DNA of 64,000 nucleotides from the human T2T-CHM13v2.0 reference genome, Homo sapiens: the NCBI RefSeq assembly GCF_009914755.1, contig NC_060936.1; one strand, written 5' to 3'. Numbering within the stretch: position 1 is the first letter of the stretch; each line of letters starts with the position of its first letter. The position numbers and the translations under genes are program-made. A model generated the notes under the pieces. That model had not been told where the DNA came from, ran no database searches, and saw only the letters and a list, made by a program, of their open reading frames with translations. Shown here in pieces: positions 1 through 12,932 of this stretch.

Positions 1-211
1 CATCCCCAGTTCAAGCAATTGTCCTGCCTTAGCCTCCCAAGTAGCTGGAATTACAGGCACGCACCACCTTGCCCGGCTAATTTTTATCTTTCTAGTAGAG
101 ACAGGGTTTCCATGTTAGCCAGACTGGTTTCGAACTCCTGATCTCAAATCATCTGCCCACCTCGGCCTCCCAAAGTGCTGGGATTACACGCGTGAGCCAC
201 CACACCCGGCT
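1..211 (-). mobile_element. Alu (partial, window edge)
   Basis: Antisense Alu consensus (CCTCCCAAAGTGCTGGGATTAC). Confidence 0.93.
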
Positions 212-262
212 GGTCCTTGCTTTTGAAAACAAAAAGTCACCCAGATTAAAAAACCAAGATTA

Positions 263-405
263 GGCTGGGTGCAGTGGCCTGTAATCTCAGCACTTTGGGC
301 AGGGGGAGGCAGAAAGATCACTTGAGGCCAGGAGTTCAAGGTCACAGTGAGCTATGATTGTGAGACTGAATTCTAGCACAACCCTGTCTAACAAACAAAC
401 AAACA
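263..405 (+). mobile_element. Alu monomer (FAM/FLAM-like)
   Basis: Single diverged Alu arm with (AAAC)n tail. Confidence 0.75.
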
Positions 406-1044
406 GAAAATTGAGATGGTGGGTGTGATCAGAGTTACTGGGGTTACATTGCTTTCAGGTTCTTTTGGCACACAGAACTAGATAATACATTTTAAGAAAT
501 CACAAGCCCATATTGATATTTTCAATTCCAGTTTAATGTTGTAGGAGCTTTTTTCAACTTATTTTATTTTACATTTGTATTTCTTTCCATGTACATTTAA
601 AACTTTTAATAAAATATGAATACATTTACTTATTTTCTTTATCCTACAATATATAATTTCAAAATTACACTAACAATATTACAACAAACATTAACCATAA
701 TGAGTGAAGTTTAAGATCATTTTTTAGATCTTTTGTCTGCAGAGTATAACCTACCAGGGGTGTACAGTTAGAATAACTTAAAATATTTACCCAAAGTATT
801 GAAACATAACTTGAAATGATTATTTTCTCTTAGTGGTTATGCAATTCACTTGATAGATTTGTTTGTTTCTGTTTGTGTTCAATTTTCTGTTTTGCTTTTG
901 TTTCTTTTATTTTTTGAATGTGTACAACATTTACATGATTCAGAAGTCAAACTACATAATAAATTAATCTCAGAGCTCTTGTCCGTATCCCCTTTCTGTC
1001 CTATCATGTTTCCATCTCCTCTGTGGGTAACTATTTTCATCAAT

Positions 1045-1359
<315 letters not shown>

Positions 1360-1910
1360 TGATTTTTTTTTTTTTCGTAACACTGACACATACAAATAAA
1401 ATGATATGCATTGTTTTACATCTTGCTTTCTCTAATTTAAAACAGTATCTTGGAAACTACTCCCTACCAATTTGTGGCAATCTTTCTTTCTTTTTATAAA
1501 AAAAATAGCTGAAGAATACTCCATTGTGTGGATGTACTACAGTTTATTTCATTAGTCTCTTGCTGTTCAACATCTCTGCTATTTCCAATAATTTGCTATT
1601 ACAAAAATCACACAGTAGATAACCTATGTCTATGTTGTTTTTTGTTTTGGGAAGTGTAGCTTCAGGGTAGATCCAGGTATCTCAATTTTAGAACACATCC
1701 CAAGTGATTTTGATGCACAGCCAGATTTGAGTACCACTGCTTACTATGTATGGTAAAGATGGTATCCAGAAAGCCAGAATTGTTAACTTTTTTTTTAAAA
1801 GAATGAGAAAACAATAGGTAAAGAAGTAAGATTCTTATCATCCTAAATTCCTATCTACACTATCCAATAAAATGCAATTGAACTATATGAATAGAAGCTG
1901 AACATATAGT

Positions 1911-2368
1911 GACCAGGTGCAATGGCTCACGCCTGTAATCCCAGCACTTTGGGAGGCCGAGGCCGGCAGATTACTTGAGTTCAGGAGTTCGACACCAGTC
2001 TGGACACCATGGCGAAACCCTGTTTCTACAAAAAATTGCAAAAAATTAGCCGGGCTTAGTGGTGTGAGCCTGTGGTCCCAGCTACTTGAGAGGCTGATAT
2101 GGGACGATCACTTGAGCCTGCTGGGAGGTCAAGGCCTCAGTGAGCTGAGATGGTGCCACTATAGACCTGTACCAAAAAAAAAAAAAAAAAAAAGGGAGGA
2201 GGAGTTGAACACCTGTGCTGTGTAGTGGCTCACATCTGTAATCCTAGCACCTTGGTAGACTGAGGCAGGAGGATCACTTGACTTTAGGAGTTCAAGACCA
2301 GCTTGAGCAACACAATGAGACCTTGTCCCCCCACCCCCCAAAAAAAAAGAGAGAAAGAAAAAAAAGTT
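1911..2368 (+). mobile_element. AluJ-like (1911-2192) plus FLAM monomer (~2215-2368)
   Basis: Alu consensus with A-tails. Confidence 0.88.
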
Positions 2369-3689
2369 TAACATCTAGAGATCTAGAGTTGATTCTTGTG
2401 CCCAAGTCATCATGTTGGTAACAAGAATATCCCATGTATATACTCATAAGTGACCCAGATTTGGGAAGCCAATGATAAGTTGCAGTTTAGATATGCTGAG
2501 TCTTAAGTAGCCAAGGGGCATCCAGTAGTGACTGACAGTGTTTAGGCAGTTGTTTGTATGGTTTGGAGATCAGATTAGGCTGAGTCATTAGCATGTAGGT
2601 GAAGGATGATTGAGGAAAGGATTATAGAGCAAGAAGATGCTTGGGATGGAGCCTTGGGGAATAACAGTACTTACAGGCAAGCAGAGGGGTCCAAGACTGT
2701 AAATAGCCAGAAAGGAGAAAAATCTGAGAAGGCAAGCTGCAAAAGCCCCGGCAGCAGAATGCTACAAGAAGAAAATACTTATCAGTATCAAATACTGCTG
2801 AGAGGTCAGGTAAAACAAAGGCTGAAAAGTATCCACTGGTTTTTGAAACGAAGAGGACAGTAAGTGTGACATTTGTCAGAGGAGATTCAATGTTGTGGTG
2901 GAAACAGTAGCCATGTGAATGTCAAAGGAATTCAACCTCATATAGCCAATCCTTGGAAACACTGGTGTTTTGTCAGCTGCAACAGTATTTCTTTTAAAAG
3001 CAACAAAAGTGGGCATTTTTCAATTGGTACCCAAAGGAAAAGAAATCAATTTTTATATTTTCTCCTATACATTTTTCTTAAATATTTGGTGCTAGTTGTC
3101 GTTTATATATATTTAAATATAGCATCAGGTGCTTTTGGATTTAGTAAATAGTGTGTGTTTAGTTATTTCAGGAATAATCCCAAAATAAACAGTATCAATA
3201 CAGTAATGTAGTAATATATTTATGGTATTTCTTAAATAGTACCAAGACTTTCAAGTACCATCCTCATCAAGTAAGAGAATCATAGCCCCATAATAGTTTT
3301 TAAAACCACGTTCCTTTCTCTTCTATTTCCCTTCTCCTATTCCTGTCTATACTCTGGGCTGCAAAGAGACACTTTTGCCCCACTGTCAGCAGGTAGCAGC
3401 CCAGCTTAAATAAGTTTGGGAGACCAGGGTGTACTCACAGAGGAAAGGATAAAAATAACTTTGAATGTTATCTAATCCAGTGGTGTCCAAACCTAGCTGA
3501 GCATCAAAATGGACAGCCCGGAATGTACATTAAAAAGACAGAATTCTAGGTCCCTGCCCTAGATCCGATTCCAGAAGGGCATCTGCTATACTTTCGTTTT
3601 GGGAAGGTTGGGGTGGGGGTTGCTTTTCCAGGTTCTTCAAGCTCAGCAGAAGTGGACTTTCTCCCCGTTCTCTCTCCGCAGGAGATGCC

Positions 3690-4300
3690 GTGCACTGGCG
3701 GTTCTGCAGGTGCCACGCCTGTCACTCCCCAGCGCTGATTTCGTCCCAGCACCTTCCTGATAATCACCGCCCAGCACCAGGCTCCAAAAGGAGCGGAAGC
3801 CCCGCCCATCTCCCAGCCCCTCGCTCTCCCTTCCCCGCCCCTAACCCGCCTTGCCCCGCCCCTTCCACATGCCCTCCCCTCGGCAATTCCTGGAAACTTG
3901 GGGCGGAGCTTCGCTGCCTTTCAGGTTTTATGTACGCTGGCGGCCGCCAGGCCGTTCCCGGAAGTTGATGGCCTTACAGTCGTAGAACTGATTGGCTGAT
4001 CATGACCATGCAGTTAGCCAGGGTTTTCCCGAGTTGTTTGGGTTGAGTTCAGGAGAAGCATGGCCAGGTCGAGTCCGTACCTGCGCCAACTTCAGGGACC
4101 TCTGCTCCCACCCAGGGATCTGGTGGAGGAGGACGACGACTACCTAAACGACGACGTGGAGGAGGATGAAGAGTCCGTGTTCATCGACGCCGAGGAGCTC
4201 TGCAGTGGGGGCGTAAAGGCTGGCAGCCTCCCCGGGTGCCTCCGCGGTGAGGAAGGCGTCTGCCCGGGGGATGGGGTTGGAGGGTCCAAAGTAGCGCTTC
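3690..4300 (+). promoter_or_regulatory. HELB: HELB CpG-rich, TATA-less promoter and first exon region
   Basis: CpG-dense relative to flanks. Several GC boxes (CCCCGCCC, GGGGCGGAG) at ~3800-3908, TTCCTGGAA 3887-3895, TTCCCGGAAGT 3955-3965 and a reverse NF-Y box CTGATTGGCT 3988-3997, all just upstream of the ATG. Confidence 0.85.
4060..4246 (+). CDS. HELB: HELB exon 1 (MARSSPYL...GCLR, acidic N-terminus)
   Basis: Strong Kozak context AGCATGG. Donor G|GTGAGG, phase 1. Confidence 0.97.
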
Positions 4301-4441
4301 CCATTCTGGCTTTGCCCTGAGCAAGGCACCCAGTCGTGCTAACAGATTTAGCTTATCAGTGGTCTAGCTGCTTCATCCTACCAAGGGTAAAATTATGACT
4401 ATAATAATAGCAGTGACTTTAACTGGACACATACTATGTGG

Positions 4442-4542
4442 TTTTTTTTTTTTTTTCTTTTTTTGAGCAGCAGCAAGATTTATTGCAAAGAGCGAAAGAA
4501 CAAAGCTTCTACAGTGTGGAAGGGGACCCGAGCGGGTTGCCC
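4442..4542 (-). mobile_element. Short polyadenylated ERV9/LTR12 R-region retrocopy
   Basis: Minus strand reads GGCAACCCGCTCGGGTCCCCTTCCACACTGTAGAAGCTTTGTTCTTTCGCTCTTTGCAATAAATCTTGCTGCTGCTC, then poly(A). Matches my recollection of the LTR12 consensus. Confidence 0.8.
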
Positions 4543-4801
4543 TTTTTTTTTTTTTTTTTTTTAAAAATTATTCTCATTTTAATGGTCGTCCTTTAATTTA
4601 ATGTACCTTTAATGTAAGGTAGTTTTACGCTTAAGGAAACAGTGGATGTTGAGTCTCTATTTCCACCCAGAATCGGAACTTTTATTTTTCCTTCTGACCA
4701 CTTATCCTCAAGTTCTATAGAATGAGAACTTGTAATTATTATCCTATATTGCCTGGAGTCAAATACGTGGTTCTTCCTCAGCTTCTTGGAAAAACAAAAC
4801 A

Positions 4802-5169
<368 letters not shown>

Positions 5170-5301
5170 TTAGTAACCTTGTGGTTCGGGTAAACCTTGT
5201 ATAAGTAGTTTCCTGTGCTATGAGGTAGTTTCCTGTGCTATAAGTTATACCTGTTATGTATACTTTGTGACTGAGACTTAAAATATTTTAATGTGCCGAC
5301 C

Positions 5302-5482
5302 GGTGCTGTTCAGTAGAACTTTCCATGATCATGGCAGTGTTTTATATCTGCACTGTCTGGTATAATAGCCACTAGCCATATGTAGCTGTTTAGAACTTGA
5401 AATCCAGCTAGTGTAACTGAGGAGAGAAATTTTAAGTTTTATTACATTTTAATTTAAATAGCCACGTGGGTGGACAGCGCAG
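5302..5482 (+). mobile_element. MER3 (hAT-Charlie MITE)
   Basis: TGCTGTTCAGTAGAACTTTC...AGCCACTAGCCA...GGACAGCGCAG termini and core. Confidence 0.75.
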
Positions 5483-6186
5483 ATTTAGGCAGAAAAGTTT
5501 CAAGTATTTGTGGAGGGCTTAGTCGTCATTCTAAAGTATCATCAACTGGCTAGCATGTTTGGTGCTGGGAAAACCTAGAGAAATAAAATAACAAGGTTGC
5601 AGTCTTAATGAAGCTTACCCTCTAGTGTATTAAACAAACATTCTTTAATCACAGAAGTAACTATAATGTTACTAAATGCTTAGAAGGAATGCTAAATAGT
5701 GCTTTGAGAGGTTTTATACATGAGATTCAGGGAAGACTTTTCTAAGTAAGTGATAGTTAAGCTGAGGTCTGTAGTAAATGTAGTAAACAGTAAAGGGGAG
5801 ATCAGTTAAGGCAGATGGAATAACTTGAGTGAAGGGCCATGGCATTTTAAAGAAACTGCATGAAGGCCAGTATTGGCTGAAGTCAAGAGTAGCAGAGAGG
5901 GGACTGATTTTAGAAGAGGAACAGCAGACACCTGCTGTGTACTGTGCTTGCGTTTTGGAATACAAAGACAAACGAAACAGTGTCCTGTTTTAGTATTTAC
6001 AGTGTAGTGGAGGGAGACAGAAAAAGAGGTAGGCAGAATGCAGTGTTACAGGCACCCTACCAGACATCTTTAGAGAGTGCTGTAGGGAGATTAAAGATAG
6101 TGGTAAGTTTGATGAAACTTTGAGGAAACGGTTTCTAAATAATCTCCAGAGTTAACTTTTGTGGGTTTTTGTTTGTTTTTTTTTAG

Positions 6187-6606
6187 TTTCTATTTGTGAT
6201 GAAAACACACAAGAGACATGTAAAGTGTTTGGACGTTTTCCGATAACAGGTGCTTGGTGGAGAGTGAAGGTACAAGTAAAGCCTGTGGTGGGATCAAGGA
6301 GCTATCAATATCAAGTTCAAGGATTTCCGTCTTACTTTTTGCAGTCTGATATGTCACCACCAAATCAAAAACATATCTGTGCTCTCTTTCTTAAAGAGTG
6401 TGAGGTCTCCAGTGATGATGTTAATAAATTTTTAACATGGGTAAAGGAGGTATCAAACTACAAAAACCTAAACTTTGAAAATCTTAGGGAAACACTAAGA
6501 ACTTTCCACAAGGAAACTGGAAGGAAAGATCAAAAGCAGCCTACACAGAATGGTCAGGAAGAGTTGTTCCTAGACAATGAGATGAGTCTTCCTCTGGAAA
6601 ACACAA
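6187..6606 (+). CDS. HELB: HELB exon 2
   Basis: Acceptor ttttag|, donor A|GTAAGT. Encodes VSICDENT...PLENT. Confidence 0.97.
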
Positions 6607-6881
6607 GTAAGTGTGATTTTTATCATCAACTTTCAGTGTAATTGACATACTTAATAACTACAGTGTTTAAAATGTTACCACTAGCATAGTATTCTTTTTA
6701 AAAATCCATTTGGTGAAAAATGTGTTTATGTTGCTTTTGGAGTATGCCATTGACATTTCAGGTTTCTCATCTGTAGCATGAAGGGATTATATGAGCTGAT
6801 CTTTAAAATCTTCCAGTTCCTTTCCACCTCTAAAACTGTGATTTTAATCTCTCTTTCTAACTTTTGTATTCACAGCGATTA

Positions 6882-7217
<336 letters not shown>

Positions 7218-7800
7218 TCAGTTGTAAATGATTCTGTTTAAAGAGGTAGAGAAGAACGACAAGGATGTGAATAATACATTTAGGAAATACTTCAGTCCAA
7301 AATGGTTTCAAGTAATTTTTAATATGATTTGTTATCTGGATATTCATATATATGGAATATTTCATTTCCTAATTGTATCAAATAAATTTGATGGTACATC
7401 AATGAATGATTTCAATGACAAAAGATTATGATTATAGAAAATGATTATGAAGGTTACTATGTAAATTATTTTATATCCTTAGCTTTAAATTTATCTTTAT
7501 ATAATTGAGTCAGAATTTTTATTCTGTTATAGTGCAGGCAGTAGGAAACAAAAGGCTAAGAAATCATTATTTAAGCATTTAAAGAACATAAATTTTGGTG
7601 TTAAACACAATGAAAACCATCTCAGTACAAAAGCAATTGTCATAATATGATCAAAATTTTCTTACTGGTTAAAGCAAGTGTACTAATCTGTTTTTGACTT
7701 GGGTTTCTTGAATCGGTTGTGCAAAATGAGAAAGTACTTCAAATCAGTCATTCTTTGGGTTCATTTATGTTTTACTTTGTTCCTTTCTGATATCTTGTAG

Positions 7801-7970
7801 TTCCATTTAGAAATGTAATGACAGCTTTGCAGTTTCCGAAGATAATGGAATTCCTTCCAGTTCTTCTGCCTCGACACTTTAAATGGATCATAGGGTCAGG
7901 TTCTAAAGAGATGTTGAAAGAGATAGAAGAGATTTTAGGTACACATCCGTGGAAACTTGGATTTAGTAAA
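7801..7970 (+). CDS. HELB: HELB exon 3
   Basis: Acceptor cttgtag|, donor AAA|GTAAGT. Encodes IPFRNV...LGFSK. Confidence 0.97.
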
Positions 7971-9128
7971 GTAAGTAAAACATTTGCTCAGCATATAGTA
8001 ATCTTGTGTAAGGCATGGTTTCAGATTTGGCAATTTTCCTTTCTCTTTCAAAGGAAAAAAATTTGTGTGGACCCCAGTATTGATTTATTTTTATTCAAAT
8101 GTTGCAACTGTACATAAACTTCTTATGGCTATAGCATAAGAAGCTATAGCATAAGAACATTTTATAAGTTGTTATGCAACTTGTAAAGTTGCATAAATTT
8201 GTAAATGAAAAAAAATTGATGACATTCAAATTATGGGTATTAATTTAGTTATGTAATTTAATGTGACAAATGTCCTGTAACTAAATTGTCATTTGCAGCT
8301 TGAATCTTATTGAGGTCAACAGCTCTTACAAATTTGGCAAGTCCATTCTGCTGTGCAACTCAATTTCCCACTTCCAGTTTGAACTATTGACAATTTTCAT
8401 TATTCATGTGGTATATCATGGTGTCATTTGATTTTTATTTTGTACACTAACATCATTTACAAATGAATCCGCTTCTGTTCTTATTATTAGAGACTATGAG
8501 TAGTAAAGGGGCACACTGAGGCTCCAGTGGTATTGGAAACCAAATGTGGTACTTAATCTTGGTAGTTCTTGCTTATAAGGTGGTTTTGCAAAGAAAAATA
8601 CAGTTGAGAAACTCTGAGAAAATTCTTGGAACCTCAAGAATGTTTGCAGATGCTGAGTTTGAGAAATACTGGAATAAGGAATTTTTCCCTTACATAAAAT
8701 GTCTATGAATTCAGTATGCTTTTAAAGATGAGATTCTGGAACATGAGATTATTATATATATTTATTCAGTGGAGAAGAGTGGAAGAGCAATTACATGTAA
8801 AAGGCAGATAATAATAGTTTACCTTTTTGTTTAAAAAAACCCTGTAAAATCCAATGTTCTTTATAGAGATATTAAGAAGGGAAGATCATTTTTTAGCTCT
8901 TTTAGAGGTCTTTAGAGCCTGTTCACATTTCAAGAATAAATTATATAACATTTTATTATTAACAATACACATTGTGTTAGGCTAATATAATTGAGTAAAC
9001 ATTTATTGAGACCTTACCAGTGTAGAATGGAGATGCGATCAGGCCCTTACTCTCACTCTTGCTAGGCTCACCATCTTCCTGGTGAAGCACAGACCTTGCG
9101 TTTTTCTTTTGTGGTCAAGTGAGTTTGA

Positions 9129-9486
<358 letters not shown>

Positions 9487-9945
9487 TTCTACCTCCTCTA
9501 AAAAAAAAAAAAAAAAAAAAATTAAAGCATTACATATCAGCTACTGTATTTTCTGCCTTCTGGATTAAGTGAACCCCTGTTTAAGGAGCTGTTGAAGTCC
9601 TAGATTCTCTCCCCATTGTGGGCATTAAGTGATTACTGCTTCCCACCCTAGCAAGAGGATAGAGGTTTCTCTTGCCTGATGCCATTCAACTGAGAGCATC
9701 CAGGCTTGGGGATACCAGGTGGGGATAAGGCAGAGATTATCTGGTGGTGACTCAGGTTTTTCATTAGGGAACAGTCCCCTCCCTCCCGCCATGTCAGGAT
9801 CTGGAAGTGTTTTCTCCTGTCCAGTCACTCTTCACAGAGAAGAATCATACGTGGAGATTTTAAGCCTGGATGCAGCATTCTGGGACTCATGAGAAAAGGA
9901 GGCCTGAGGTCTCACCATTCAGCATGTAAACTGCTATCCAAGTAT

Positions 9946-10356
9946 TGTATTAGTTTGCTGGGGCTGCCAGAACAAGTACTGCTGACTGGTTGGCTTAAAC
10001 AACAGAAATTTTTTGTCTTACAATTCTGGAGGCTACAAGTCTGAGATCAAGGTGTGGACAGGGTTGATTTCTTCCAAGGCTTCTCTCCTTGGCTTGTAGA
10101 TGGTCATTATCTCTTATTAGTTCTTCACATGGCCTTCCTTCTTTGCCAGTCTATGTCCTAATCTCTTCTTCTTATAAGAATACCAGTCATATTAGAGTAG
10201 GGCCCATCTCGAGGACCTCATCAATGAGGTGAATAGTCCCATTTAACCTTAATTACCTCTTTAAAACCCTGTCTCCAAATATAGTCACATTCTGAGGATA
10301 TTGGGGGTTAGGACATCAACATATGAATTTTGGGGGGACACAGTTCGGCCCATAAA
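9946..10356 (-). mobile_element. MLT1A-like MaLR solo LTR
   Basis: TGTATTAGTTTGCT...GGCTTAAACAACAGAAATT...CACATTCTGAGG...GGGGGACACAGTTC typical of MLT1. Confidence 0.8.
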
Positions 10357-11161
10357 AGGTATGGAGGGCTCAGGAGTGATGTCTCCATTAAGAAAAAATG
10401 GAGCCGATAGATGACGTGCTCAGTAGATTATAGTGAAGGGAGTTCTGTATCTCTTCTGCAGAGTTTAGGCAGAATTGTTGATAGACACATAGAAAACTAA
10501 ACAAGTCAAGAAAATGAGGCAGATGTTAACTTCATGATACACACCGAGTTCAACAGAAAACTTAATGTAACAGAGTACATCCTGTCACTCAGCTGTGAAT
10601 CCTATTTGCATAAGCATAATAAATACCTATTTAACCAAAATTGAACAAAATGTATACTACAACATTTTTCAAATATAGAAACCAAAGAAACACCTGTGGA
10701 GGTAATGGTATAAAATAGAGTGACCTTCCATAGAGATAGACTTTCCATAGTAAGGAGTTAATAATGAATATCTAAAATCTTTTAAAAATCAAGGAAAAAT
10801 ATCTATAGTACTTAGAAATATGGAAGTAAATTCTGGAAGAAATAACTAAAGTGTTGGAGATGTTGCCTTTAGAAGGCATGAGAAGGGATAAGGAAAGGAT
10901 TCATAATTTTTTTGATAAGCCTTATAGTATTATTTCACTTTTAAAACTGTGTGTTAGTGTGATAAAATATAATTTTTATTTAAAAATTATATAGATCTCT
11001 AATTACGGTGCAGCCAGTTAGAAAATTAGTGATGTTCTATGGTATTTTCTGTAAATTTTGTTGAAGTTCATGTCTTCTGGGATTTAAAAAATTATTAATA
11101 AAGAACATATTCATAAACACTTATGATGTTTATAAACCAACCTGAACTTTATTTCTTAAAG

Positions 11162-12064
11162 ATAACCTACAGAGAGTGGAAACTCCTGCGATGTGAGGCA
11201 AGTTGGATAGCATTTTGTCAGTGTGAGTCTCTTCTCCAGCTGATGACTGATTTGGAGAAGAATGCATTAATAATGTATTCCAGACTGAAGCAGATATGTA
11301 GAGAAGATGGGCACACATATGTTGAAGTGAATGACTTAACTTTGACATTGTCAAATCATATGTCATTTCATGCTGCTTCAGAGTCTCTGAAGTTTTTGAA
11401 GGATATTGGTGTGGTGACATATGAGAAGTCCTGTGTCTTCCCTTATGACCTTTACCATGCTGAAAGAGCCATCGCCTTTTCAATTTGTGACCTGATGAAG
11501 AAACCTCCTTGGCATTTATGTGTCGATGTCGAAAAGGTGCTTGCCTCTATTCACACCACAAAACCTGAGAATTCAAGCGATGATGCATTGAATGAGAGCA
11601 AACCTGATGAAGTAAGATTAGAAAATCCTGTGGATGTTGTGGACACACAGGACAATGGTGACCATATTTGGACTAATGGTGAAAATGAAATTAATGCAGA
11701 AATAAGTGAAGTTCAGCTGGATCAGGATCAGGTTGAAGTTCCACTGGATCGGGATCAGGTGGCTGCTTTGGAAATGATTTGCTCCAATCCTGTGACAGTC
11801 ATAAGTGGGAAAGGTGGATGTGGGAAGACCACAATCGTTAGCCGTCTTTTTAAGCATATAGAGCAGTTGGAAGAAAGAGAAGTAAAAAAAGCCTGTGAAG
11901 ATTTTGAACAAGACCAGAATGCTTCAGAAGAATGGATTACCTTTACTGAGCAAAGTCAACTAGAGGCGGACAAGGCTATAGAAGTTTTGCTCACAGCACC
12001 TACAGGGAAAGCAGCTGGCTTACTAAGACAGAAAACTGGTCTTCATGCCTACACACTGTGTCAG
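11162..12064 (+). CDS. HELB: HELB exon 4 (Q-motif, Walker A, acidic HELB-specific insertion with E499/D506/D510, motif Ia)
   Basis: Acceptor ttcttaaag|ATA, donor CAG|GTAAAA. 903 nt open frame ITYREW...YTLCQ. K481 codon is 11825-11827. Confidence 0.97.
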
Positions 12065-12105
12065 GTAAAACCTTTGACATTTCATCTGTAGATAAAACAT
12101 TTGTC

Positions 12106-12407
12106 GGCCGGGCACAGTGGCTCACGCCTGTAATCCCAGAACTTTTGGGAGACTGAGGCGGGCAGATCACAAGGTCAGGAGATGGAGACCATCCTGGCTA
12201 ACATGGTGGAACCCTGTCTCTACTAAAATACAAAAAATTAGCCAGGCATGGTGGCACACACCTGTAATCCCAGCTACTCGGGAGGCTGAGTCAGGAGAAT
12301 CATTTGAACCCAGGAAGCAGAGGTTGCAGTAACTGAGGCTGCACCACTGCGCTCCAGCCTGGGCAACAGAGCGAGACTCCATCTCAAAAAGCAAACGAAC
12401 AAAAAAA
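12106..12407 (+). mobile_element. AluS, 41 nt after the exon 4 donor
   Basis: Full Alu consensus. Confidence 0.93.
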
Positions 12408-12579
12408 ATTTACCTTAAAGACAAACTTATTTCTTAAAGCAATCAGTAGGAATTTATTGAATGTTTCCTGGGTCCCTGTCTTGCAGTAACTGATCATTTA
12501 GATCAATGCTTTTCAAAGCAGCAGTCTGTAAATTGTTACCAGTTTGCATGAGAAAGGAGCTAATGGTAGAAGTAAATCA

Positions 12580-12932
<353 letters not shown>

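Noticed and set aside
11123-12091. 322-aa ORF as a stand-alone intronless helicase gene
   Set aside because: It is HELB exon 4 plus in-frame intronic flanks; the splice sites at 11162 and 12064 fit the adjacent exon phases.
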